Under the pieces are notes generated by a model that worked only from the letters and a program-made list of their open reading frames with translations, did no database searches and had not been told where the DNA came from. Made by a program: the position numbers and the translations under genes. From Thermoanaerobaculia bacterium (GTDB taxonomy: Bacteria; Acidobacteriota; Thermoanaerobaculia; UBA5066): 64,000 nucleotides of DNA. The DNA is taken from positions 1-64,000 of the forward strand of contig JBBRRY010000012.1 of the NCBI GenBank assembly GCA_038245905.1, written 5' to 3'. Shown piece by piece: positions 51,075 through 58,866 of this stretch; within the stretch, counting starts at the first letter, position 1; each line of letters begins with the position of its first letter.

Positions 51075-52013
51075 TCAAGTCCCCGGGCGGATTCCCCTCT
51101 GAAGGACCTCCAGGGTGCCGGCGCGCGTGAACGCGCGGGAGTCTTCCCTCTTTTCGAGGCTCATGCTTCCCCGGATCTCGTCCAGCGAGGAATGGCCGTG
51201 AGCCTCGAGCCACTGCTCGATCTCCCGGCGCACGACGCCGAGGTGCCCGGGCCCGTGAAGCAGGAGAGCCGAGACCATCTGAACGGCGTCCGCCCCCGCC
51301 AGAATCGCCTTCAGCGCGTCCGCTCCCGTATGCACGCCCCCCGTCACGGCGAGTGACAGGTCCACGCGGCCGGAGAGCATCGCGATCCAGTAGAGCCGCG
51401 ACAGGAGCTCGGCCGAGCTCGACAGCCTGAGGTCCGGCTTCACCTCGAGCGTCTCGAGGTCGATGTCGGGCTGGTAGCTGCGATTGAACAGGATGAGCCC
51501 GTTCACACCGATCTCCTCGAGCTGCCGCGCGAGCGACGGAATCGAGGAAAAGTAGGGAAAGATCTTCACCGCGACCGGAATCGAGACGAGCGACCGCACC
51601 GCGCGGACCGTGTCGAGCGTGTAGGCCTCGAGCGTCGCGCCGCTCGTCCAGAGGTTCGTCGAGAGGTGATAGAGGTTCAGCTCGAGGGCGTCGGCCCCGG
51701 CCTGCTCGACGAGCGCCGCAAACGAGGTCCAGCCTTCATCGGTCGTCCCGTTGAGCGACGCGATGACCGGAACGTGGACCGATTCCTTGACCCGGTTCAC
51801 GTGCTCGAGGTAGCCGACGGGATCCGAGGTCGAGCGCTCGGCGCGGAGGGGATCAGCCGCGATCTGCTCTTCGTAGAGCGAGTGGAGGACGATGGCCGGC
51901 GCCCCCGCATCCTCGAGGCGCAGGATCGAATCCATTTCGGCGGTGAGGGGGCACGCTCCCGGGACGAGAGGGTGAGCCAGCTTGAGTCCGAGGTAAGCGG
52001 TTGTGAGATCCAC
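51075..52013 (-). CDS. Dihydroorotate dehydrogenase-like FMN protein
   Basis: DLTTAYLGLKL.HP, SLYEEQI, PVIASLNG, ADALELN, FNR.YQPDIDLE, TGGVH..GADAVQMVS. Confidence 0.85.
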   Translation of the reverse strand: MDLTTAYLGLKLAHPLVPGACPLTAEMDSILRLEDAGAPAIVLHSLYEEQIAADPLRAERSTSDPVGYLEHVNRVKESVHVPVIASLNGTTDEGWTSFAALVEQAGADALELNLYHLSTNLWTSGATLEAYTLDTVRAVRSLVSIPVAVKIFPYFSSIPSLARQLEEIGVNGLILFNRSYQPDIDLETLEVKPDLRLSSSAELLSRLYWIAMLSGRVDLSLAVTGGVHTGADALKAILAGADAVQMVSALLLHGPGHLGVVRREIEQWLEAHGHSSLDEIRGSMSLEKREDSRAFTRAGTLEVLQRGIRPGT

Positions 52014-52078
52014 AGCATCCCAAGGGTGGCGCCTGAGGGATCACACTCCCATGATGCACATGTTTCAAAGCGGAGCGA

Positions 52079-53533
52079 TCACTTCACACCGAGCTCCGCG
52101 AGCACCTTTGGGTTCGCCTCGTCCTGCGCGAGCACGGAGTGGCAGGCGTCGCACTCGGCCGAGATGACACGCCCGTCTTTCGCCTTGTGGCTGCCGTCAT
52201 GACAGCGGAAGCAGCCGGGGGAGTCGTCGTGCCCGATGTGGTTCGGGTGCGTGCCCCACGTGAGACGCATGTATGGGAAGACGTTGCGTCCATAGATGCG
52301 CTGGGCCTCTCCGACGGCCGTCTCGACCGCGGCGCGTCGTGACTGGTAGACGTCCGGGTACGCCGTCCTGTAGTACTCCGCGAGGTCTTTCGCGATGCTC
52401 TCGAAGGCGGCCTCGCGCGTCGGGTACTCCTTCTTGAGGACCTCGACGGCCTTCTTGCGAAGGAACGGCAGGTCCGGGCTCATCGCGCCGCTCGCCATCG
52501 CCTCGTTCACGGCCCTCTCCGGCAGCTGGTAGGCGTGAGTGGGCCGGTTGTGGCAGTCGATGCAATCCATCGTGCGCCTCTCGGCGACCGCTTTCTGCAC
52601 CTCGGTCATCTTCGTGTCCGTCGACGTATAGACGACCGTCTTCCCGTCGTCGTCTATGTAGTTCACGATCGGGATCACCTCGCGGCGCTTGTCTGCCGTG
52701 ACGTAGGTGATGCGCGCCTTGTCGTCGAGGTGGCGCCCGTGGATCCCAACCGCGCTGGTGCCCGACAGGCCCCCGACCTTCAAGAGGAGGACGGTCTTCG
52801 TGACGCTGTTCTTCTCGTCATCGCCGTACTTCGTGATGATCTTCAGCTTCTCGCCCGAGAACCGCTGCGGCCAGTGGCACTGCTCGCACGTCGCGCGCGC
52901 GGGACGCAGCGTGTGGACGGGAGACGGGATCGGCCGCGCGTAGGTCCCGAAGACGACGGCGACGACCTGCCGCACGCCGTCGATCTTCGCCTTGACCGCC
53001 CAGGAGGCGCCGGGACCGATGTGGCAGCTCGTGCACGCGACGCGCGAGTGCGGCGAGTTGAGGTACGCCCCGTACTCGGGGGCCATGACCTTGTGACACG
53101 TGAGGCCGCAGAAGCGCGACGTATCCATGTACTCGGCGCCCGTGTACGCCGAGAACGTCAGGATGACGACGTTGAGCACCGTGAGGAGAGCCACGACGAA
53201 GCCGAAGCGCCTGAGGTCCGGATCCTTCAGGTCGACCGTCGGATATACGGACGGCAGCGTCCCCGCGGCCTTCAGGCGCCGACGCTCGAGGAAGATCCCG
53301 ATCGGGATCAGGACGAGGCCGAAGAGGAAGACGAACGGGAGGCCGAGGATGAAGATGATGCCCGCGTATGGATGGATCGGCCTCGTGGCCATCGCCTCGA
53401 TGATCCAGAACCCGATCATCGAGAAGATGGCTCCGGTCGTGAGGATGGCACCGAAGATGGACAGGCGGTTGCGGCCGAGGAACAGAACGGGCCGGATCAA
53501 CCGCGCCGCGAGGCCGGCGGGCTCTGGGGTCAT
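52079..53533 (-). CDS. imcH: ImcH-like inner-membrane multiheme quinol oxidase (NapC/NirT-related; 3 TM, 6 heme motifs)
   Basis: Three N-terminal TM helices. FCGLTCHKVMAPEY (CX3CH..M), SPHSRVACTSCHIG, LRPARATCEQCH, MDCIDCHNRPTH, GCFRCH, CDACH. Architecture and motifs match what I recall of Geobacter ImcH. Confidence 0.8.
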   Translation of the reverse strand: MTPEPAGLAARLIRPVLFLGRNRLSIFGAILTTGAIFSMIGFWIIEAMATRPIHPYAGIIFILGLPFVFLFGLVLIPIGIFLERRRLKAAGTLPSVYPTVDLKDPDLRRFGFVVALLTVLNVVILTFSAYTGAEYMDTSRFCGLTCHKVMAPEYGAYLNSPHSRVACTSCHIGPGASWAVKAKIDGVRQVVAVVFGTYARPIPSPVHTLRPARATCEQCHWPQRFSGEKLKIITKYGDDEKNSVTKTVLLLKVGGLSGTSAVGIHGRHLDDKARITYVTADKRREVIPIVNYIDDDGKTVVYTSTDTKMTEVQKAVAERRTMDCIDCHNRPTHAYQLPERAVNEAMASGAMSPDLPFLRKKAVEVLKKEYPTREAAFESIAKDLAEYYRTAYPDVYQSRRAAVETAVGEAQRIYGRNVFPYMRLTWGTHPNHIGHDDSPGCFRCHDGSHKAKDGRVISAECDACHSVLAQDEANPKVLAELGVK

Positions 53534-53558
53534 GAATTCCCTCCTTCGGGTGCCGGAA

Positions 53559-54404
53559 TCAGCTCAGGAGCGCGTAGAGCGTGAATGATACGAGGAGCAG
53601 GCCGATGGCGACGGCGACGGTGCCGATGACCCGCCCGCGCTTCAGGAAGTACGGGTCGGGCGCCGGCGCGGCGATCCGCTCGAGGTCGCCGTCCGCTACG
53701 AGCCGGGCATATTCGGCAGGACGCTCGTGGCGAAGCTCGTCCAAGGGCAGCACTCCCGTGAAAATCACGGTGTCCATCGGGAACTTCTCGGGCCGGAGGT
53801 GCCCGTTGAAGAAATGAACCGTGAAGATGAAAACGGTGGCGAGAAGCGCTTCCTCGCCGTGAATGAGAAGCGCCACGTTGAAGAGATCGCCGGGCAGGAA
53901 CCGGGCCCAGAACTTCGGAAACCAGAGGATGAGACCCGAGCCGCCGATGATCCCCATCCCCCAGAACACGGCCCAGTAGTCGAATTTTTCCCAATAGCTG
54001 TACCGGTCGAACGCGGGCCGCGGGCCCCGGCCGACGAACCAGCGGACGTGTCCGATGAGCTGCCCGAGATCCTCGGGCCGCGGCACCATCGAACGTGGGC
54101 CCCAGAGAATTCCATAGTCACGGTCGCCGAAAATCTTCTTCAGGAGGCGGGCGAGGTGCAGTCCGAACGTCAGCAGCATGCACGCGGCGAAGACGCGGTG
54201 CAGGAAACCCGCCGCCTGGAAGCCTCCCACGACGCGGGAGAGCTGCGCGGCCCAGGCGCGGTTGGAGAAGAGGAGCGGGAGCCCCGTGAAGGAGAGCCCG
54301 AGGAAGCTCGTCATGAGGAGGCCATGGAGCGAGCGGTCGTAGCCGTCGAACCGCTTGACCCAGACCGGCGGTGCCGGCGCCGAAGGAGGCTCTTCGGACA
54401 TCAT
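53559..54404 (-). CDS. cbcL: Diheme cytochrome b subunit (FdnI/HydC-type; CbcL C-terminal half)
   Basis: SFLGLSFTGLPL, HR..A, RWFVGRGPRP.FDRYSYWEKFDYWAVFWG, IHGEEALLA..FIFTVHFFN.H.RPEKFPMD. Four TM His available as b-heme ligands. Confidence 0.82.
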   Translation of the reverse strand: MMSEEPPSAPAPPVWVKRFDGYDRSLHGLLMTSFLGLSFTGLPLLFSNRAWAAQLSRVVGGFQAAGFLHRVFAACMLLTFGLHLARLLKKIFGDRDYGILWGPRSMVPRPEDLGQLIGHVRWFVGRGPRPAFDRYSYWEKFDYWAVFWGMGIIGGSGLILWFPKFWARFLPGDLFNVALLIHGEEALLATVFIFTVHFFNGHLRPEKFPMDTVIFTGVLPLDELRHERPAEYARLVADGDLERIAAPAPDPYFLKRGRVIGTVAVAIGLLLVSFTLYALLS

Positions 54405-55633
54405 GCTTCTCCGTTCTTCTTCGCGTCCCCGTCCCGGCGTGCCTTCACCGAGCGCGGGAACCAGAGCACCGTATGAATCCCGAAGAAGGCGAAGACGCCC
54501 ACGAGCAGGATCTTCATGAAGAGCGAGGTCGCCCAGAGCAGCTGGCTCCGGCCCCGGTCACGCGTGTCGGCGTGCGGGTCGTATTTCACGAAGCTCGCCC
54601 CGACTCCGGGATGGCATTTCTGGCAGGTCGCGAGACGCTTCGCGGGTCCCACGGACGAGCGCGGATCGCCGGCCGGGTGGATCTCGTGCGCGGTATGACA
54701 GTCCGCGCACGTCGCCACACGCGAGAAGCCCATGGCGCTGACCTGGCCGTGATAGGTGTCGCGATAGGTCTTGAGCTGGCGCTCGTGACAGCCGCCGCAC
54801 TCCCGGAGGATCGCGAGCCGGCGAGTGTCCGATCCTGCCGCGATCGCATGGGCGGAATGGCAGTCGGAGCAGACCGGGACGCTCGCGTTGCCCTTCGCGA
54901 GCTGCTCGCCGTGGATCGAGGTCGCGTACTCGTCGAGAATCTTCGAGTGGCACGAGCCGCAGGTCGACGGCACGTGCGCCCGCGCGACGGTGCTCTTCGG
55001 GTCGCGCTTCGGGCTGCGGATCTCGTGGTAGCCGTGGCAGGTGGCGCAGTTCGGCGCGATCTTGAGGCCCGATTTCTCGAGAGCCTTGCCGTGGATCGAA
55101 TCGCGGAAGCTGATCGGCTCGCTTCCGTCGATCCCGCCCGCGCGCGGGAAAATCTTCGCGTCGCCGTGGCAACGCATGCATGTCGCGGGGAGGTTGAAGT
55201 GGTTCGTCCGCGAGGCCGGGTCCTTCGAAGGCTTGATGTCGTGGGCGCCGTGGCAGTCCGCGCACCAGGCGGCTTTGCTCAGCGGGCTCTTGGCGCGCGA
55301 GGCCGCGTGCCAGCTCTTGCCGTAGTCCTCGACCTGCTGGGCGTGGCAGCCCGAGCAGTCGGGCTTCGCGAGCCTTTCCGGGTGCGGGAAGTCCACGGTC
55401 TTCGCGAGATCGGTGTGGCAGTCGACACAAGCGGCGCCGACGACCCCATGCACCGAGTTTTCGAAGACCTTCTTGTCTACGAAGATCGAGGACCCGTTCG
55501 CCCTCTTGGCGGACGGGTCCTCGTGGCAGGCGAGACAGTCGTCGTTGGCGGGAGGCTTCGGAGGCGTGGGAGCCGCCGCCCGGAGGGGGGCGGCCGTGAA
55601 AAGTAACGCGGCGAGTACGCCCCCGAGCCTCAT
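54401..55633 (-). CDS. cbcL: Periplasmic multiheme cytochrome c (11 CxxCH) with C-terminal TM anchor (CbcL N-terminal half)
   Basis: Signal peptide. CLACH, CVDCH, CSGCH, CADCH, CMRCH, CATCH, CGSCH, CSDCH, CGGCH, CADCH, CQKCH, with repeated H.I..KDP.S units. TM ..FFGIHTVLW. ATGA overlap with the cytochrome b gene. Confidence 0.85.
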   Translation of the reverse strand: MRLGGVLAALLFTAAPLRAAAPTPPKPPANDDCLACHEDPSAKRANGSSIFVDKKVFENSVHGVVGAACVDCHTDLAKTVDFPHPERLAKPDCSGCHAQQVEDYGKSWHAASRAKSPLSKAAWCADCHGAHDIKPSKDPASRTNHFNLPATCMRCHGDAKIFPRAGGIDGSEPISFRDSIHGKALEKSGLKIAPNCATCHGYHEIRSPKRDPKSTVARAHVPSTCGSCHSKILDEYATSIHGEQLAKGNASVPVCSDCHSAHAIAAGSDTRRLAILRECGGCHERQLKTYRDTYHGQVSAMGFSRVATCADCHTAHEIHPAGDPRSSVGPAKRLATCQKCHPGVGASFVKYDPHADTRDRGRSQLLWATSLFMKILLVGVFAFFGIHTVLWFPRSVKARRDGDAKKNGEA

Positions 55634-55643
55634 CCGCACTATT

Positions 55644-55973
55644 TTACTTCGACGCGGGATCGCCGGGGTTCGTCCCCTTCTTGAGCTCGTCGAGGTTCGA
55701 AACGCCGTCGCCATCGCTGTCCATCTTCTCGAGAGCGACGAAGTCGTACTTGCCGTCCTTACCCTTCACCTTGTGCATGTCAGCGCCGAACTTGTTCACG
55801 TCGGCCTCACCCTTCTTGGGCATCGCCTTCACGTGGCAGGTCCCGCACTTGATCTTGGAATCAGGGTACTTCTTCAGGACTTCCTTCTGAATGTCCATCG
55901 TGGCGAGGGCGGTCCCCGCGAGGAGCGCGGCGGCCGAAGCGAGAGAGATCACGGCGAGACGAGTGTTCTTCAT
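55644..55973 (-). CDS. Small exported monoheme cytochrome c with DxDGDG Ca-binding-like tail
   Basis: AAGGA RBS, signal peptide (..TALA), single CGTCH, and DSDGDGVSNLDELKKGTNPGD. Confidence 0.8.
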   Translation of the reverse strand: MKNTRLAVISLASAAALLAGTALATMDIQKEVLKKYPDSKIKCGTCHVKAMPKKGEADVNKFGADMHKVKGKDGKYDFVALEKMDSDGDGVSNLDELKKGTNPGDPASK

Positions 55974-55987
55974 GTCGTGTTTTTCCT

Positions 55988-57922
55988 TCAGGGGCGCCAC
56001 TTGAGGTAGGCGCCGATTCTTGTGGCTCGGAAGCTGGCCGTCGAGATCTGAGTGTCGAGGTACCGGTCGACGGACCATTCGCCGACGAGTCCGAAGTGCT
56101 GGGTGGCGTCGAAGTCGACACGCACGCCGCCGCGATAGAGACGGTATTCGTAAGTGCCCTCGTTCGCGAAGCGGGTCCAGAAGCCGTCGATGGCGAGCTT
56201 GTCGAACTTCAGGCCCAGGCCGGCTTCATAGAGCTCGCCGTCTTCCTTGTTGACGGAGTCGAACACGGAGAAGTCCTGCGGAGCGCGGACGGGAATCGTG
56301 CTGTCAGCCTGCATCTTGCCGTAGGCCCCGTGGAGCCGCAGCATCTTGACCGGCGTGATCGTGACGTCGCCCGTGTACTGGCGCGACGTGCCCTTGGAGC
56401 TGATGAGAATCGTGTCGTTCTTCTGGTCGATCCAGAGACCGGTCGCGCCGAGCGTGAGCCAGGAGAATCCCTTCCATGTCGCGCGCACGCGCTCGCGGTT
56501 GCGGCTCGTGAAGTCGGTCCTGAGAACGGCGACGTTCGCGTCGTCCCACGACGCCTCGCCGGCGATGAAAAAGCCGCCAGCCGCGAACGTGAGGGCTCCC
56601 TCGTAACGGTTGATCTTTCGGTTGAAGGTCCCACCCTGTCCGCCCGGGACGACGATCTCGGATGGATCCGGTGAAATCGTGAGGTCCTGCTGAGTCTGCG
56701 AGTAGCCGGCGCGGATGCCGAACGGCCCGAAGGCCTTCGCGGCCACCTGAACGTCGTAGACGTCTTCGGTGCGCTCGATGGAATTCTTCGCGTTCAGAAT
56801 CGTCGTGAGGTCGGCCAGCGTGAACCCCGTAAAGGTCGAAGTGCCGCTGAAAAGGCTGCTCACGAGGTCCCGGCCGTCCCACGTTGCGTGACGACGGACG
56901 AAGCCACCCGTCACGTCGACGCCCTGGAGCACGTGCCATTCGACGCGCGCGCCGGCGCGCCAGACCGTGTTGTCGACGCGGGACGACCCGTTCTCGGTAA
57001 GGCCGGTGAAGAAGCGCGCGACGGGGAATGACACGAGGGAGCCGGTAGCGCTCGTGGTGTCCGTGTCGTCGCCGCCGGCGCTGGACTTGACGTAGAGGCC
57101 GATCAGCTGAACAGAATCGGTCAGGAAGCCGCGCACGAAGAACGACGTCGTCGGCGTGTTGATGTCGGTGACGCTCGAGCGCGAGTAGGAAGAAAGGTTC
57201 ACGTCCTTGTCGAGCACGGTACCGGTGTTGTTGCCGGCGCCCGCTCCACTGAGAAGGCTGAGCTTCTCGGTTTCGCGGTAACGGCGCCAGCCCTGGAGAA
57301 ACTCGCCCGACACTGGTCCGGCGCGGAAGCCGGCGCCGACGCGGAACTCCTGGTCGTGGACCTTGAGGTCCTGGCCGAGGCGGAACTCGTCCTGGCCGAG
57401 AAAGGCCGTCGAGGTACCCGGACCGACCAGATTGTTGGACGTATACCCGAGAAGAGGCGTCACGACGGCCCCGGGCAGAAGCTCGAGGTTGACGTCCACC
57501 ACGTCGCGCTGGCGATCCCAGGTCTGCTGACCGACCACCGCTCCGAGCGGATTGGCGAAGCCGGAGAGCGCGCTGAACTGATCGAAGTGGCGGTAGGAGG
57601 CCCGGAGGCGATAGGCGCCCGCGAGGCCCGCGTCGAGCCTCAGCGAGCCGGCAGGGCCGGCCCCGAGCTCTGCGCCGTCGATCCGGAGGTGATCAAGGAT
57701 CGGGAAACCGGAGGTCTTCCCGTCCTCACCGATGTGGATGCTGCGGACGAGAAACCCCTCGCGCTCGTTGATCTGGGAGCGATAGGACTCCTCGCTGCCG
57801 CTGAGAGTGAGAAAGCGGTAGCCCACCTCGATGTCGAACGGAATCGCCTGGGCACGGGCGAGGCCGGCCGAGCCGAGAGCGGCGAGAGTTGCGACGAGGA
57901 AGGCGGAGCGGAATGTTCGCAT
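55988..57922 (-). CDS. mtrB: Outer-membrane beta-barrel porin, MtrB/PioB-like
   Basis: Signal peptide, amphipathic beta-strand pattern throughout, terminal aromatic strand GAYLKWRP, and position directly after the decaheme mtrA-like gene. Confidence 0.75.
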   Translation of the reverse strand: MRTFRSAFLVATLAALGSAGLARAQAIPFDIEVGYRFLTLSGSEESYRSQINEREGFLVRSIHIGEDGKTSGFPILDHLRIDGAELGAGPAGSLRLDAGLAGAYRLRASYRHFDQFSALSGFANPLGAVVGQQTWDRQRDVVDVNLELLPGAVVTPLLGYTSNNLVGPGTSTAFLGQDEFRLGQDLKVHDQEFRVGAGFRAGPVSGEFLQGWRRYRETEKLSLLSGAGAGNNTGTVLDKDVNLSSYSRSSVTDINTPTTSFFVRGFLTDSVQLIGLYVKSSAGGDDTDTTSATGSLVSFPVARFFTGLTENGSSRVDNTVWRAGARVEWHVLQGVDVTGGFVRRHATWDGRDLVSSLFSGTSTFTGFTLADLTTILNAKNSIERTEDVYDVQVAAKAFGPFGIRAGYSQTQQDLTISPDPSEIVVPGGQGGTFNRKINRYEGALTFAAGGFFIAGEASWDDANVAVLRTDFTSRNRERVRATWKGFSWLTLGATGLWIDQKNDTILISSKGTSRQYTGDVTITPVKMLRLHGAYGKMQADSTIPVRAPQDFSVFDSVNKEDGELYEAGLGLKFDKLAIDGFWTRFANEGTYEYRLYRGGVRVDFDATQHFGLVGEWSVDRYLDTQISTASFRATRIGAYLKWRP

Positions 57923-57932
57923 CGGCCTGTCC

Positions 57933-58853
57933 TTACTTCAGCAGCTGCGGCGAGCGTTGGGAACCGTGCACGGCCACATGGCAGGTCGTGCAGTTCTTGT
58001 AGCGCGGCAGCGAGATGTTGTGGAAAGAAGGCGGCTGCGAGCCCAGAGTCCCCGCCGCGAGCGTCGAGTGACACTCGAGGCACTGCGAGGCGATCGTGGC
58101 CCGCTGCAGCTGGTGGGGATACGAGGAGCCATGCGGAATGTGGCAGCTCGTGCAGTCGCCGGCGACGCCGTTCACGTGGGGATAGACGAAAGGACCGCGC
58201 ACTTCCGAGTGACAGGAAACGCAGCCGGGCTCACCCGCCCGGGTCTCCTTCACCGCGTGCTTGGCCGAGCGGCCGTGCGGGTCGTGGCAGGACACGCACG
58301 AGAGCGCACCCTCTTTCAGCCTGTGCGCGTACGGAAGCGTCCGGAACGAGGACGCCGCGTCCTGATGGCAGGTGGCGCACAGCTGGGTCGGCTCGGACAC
58401 GAGCAGGCTCGCCTGCTTCGGGTTCGACTTGTGGATCGAGTGACACGAGAGGCAGTTGACCGCCTCGGACGACGCATGAACTCCCGTCTTGAAGGACGAG
58501 CGTTCCGCGGACTGCTTGTGGCAGGTCGCGCACGTCTCGGCGCCGGTGCGGCCATGGAGCGTCCGGATGAGGGTCTTGTCCCCTCCGGCTTCCATGTGCT
58601 TCGTCCCGTCGCCGTGACACGTGGCGCAGACCTCGCTGCCCTGAGCGCCCTTGTGGGCGGCGCCATAGGCACGCATGTGGGGATTACCTGCGAAGATTTT
58701 GGCCTCGTCGTGGCAGTCGGCGCACGCGGGGCCGGCCTCCACCTTCGCGGGAGCCGGACTGGCCGGTGGGGACGGAGCCTGGGCCGAGGCCACCCCCGCC
58801 GTGAGAACGGCGAGGGCGACGGCGGCGAAGGCTCCGGGCGAGAGGTGTTTCAC
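57933..58853 (-). CDS. mtrA: Decaheme periplasmic cytochrome, MtrA/DmsE family
   Basis: 10 CxxCH (CADCH, CATCH, CATCH, CLSCH, CATCH, CVSCH, CVSCH, CTSCH, CLECH, CTTCH). Family motifs CHDPHG, RGPFVYPH, CH..VHGS. Confidence 0.9.
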   Translation of the reverse strand: MKHLSPGAFAAVALAVLTAGVASAQAPSPPASPAPAKVEAGPACADCHDEAKIFAGNPHMRAYGAAHKGAQGSEVCATCHGDGTKHMEAGGDKTLIRTLHGRTGAETCATCHKQSAERSSFKTGVHASSEAVNCLSCHSIHKSNPKQASLLVSEPTQLCATCHQDAASSFRTLPYAHRLKEGALSCVSCHDPHGRSAKHAVKETRAGEPGCVSCHSEVRGPFVYPHVNGVAGDCTSCHIPHGSSYPHQLQRATIASQCLECHSTLAAGTLGSQPPSFHNISLPRYKNCTTCHVAVHGSQRSPQLLK

Positions 58854-58866
58854 GGCCTTTACTCGT

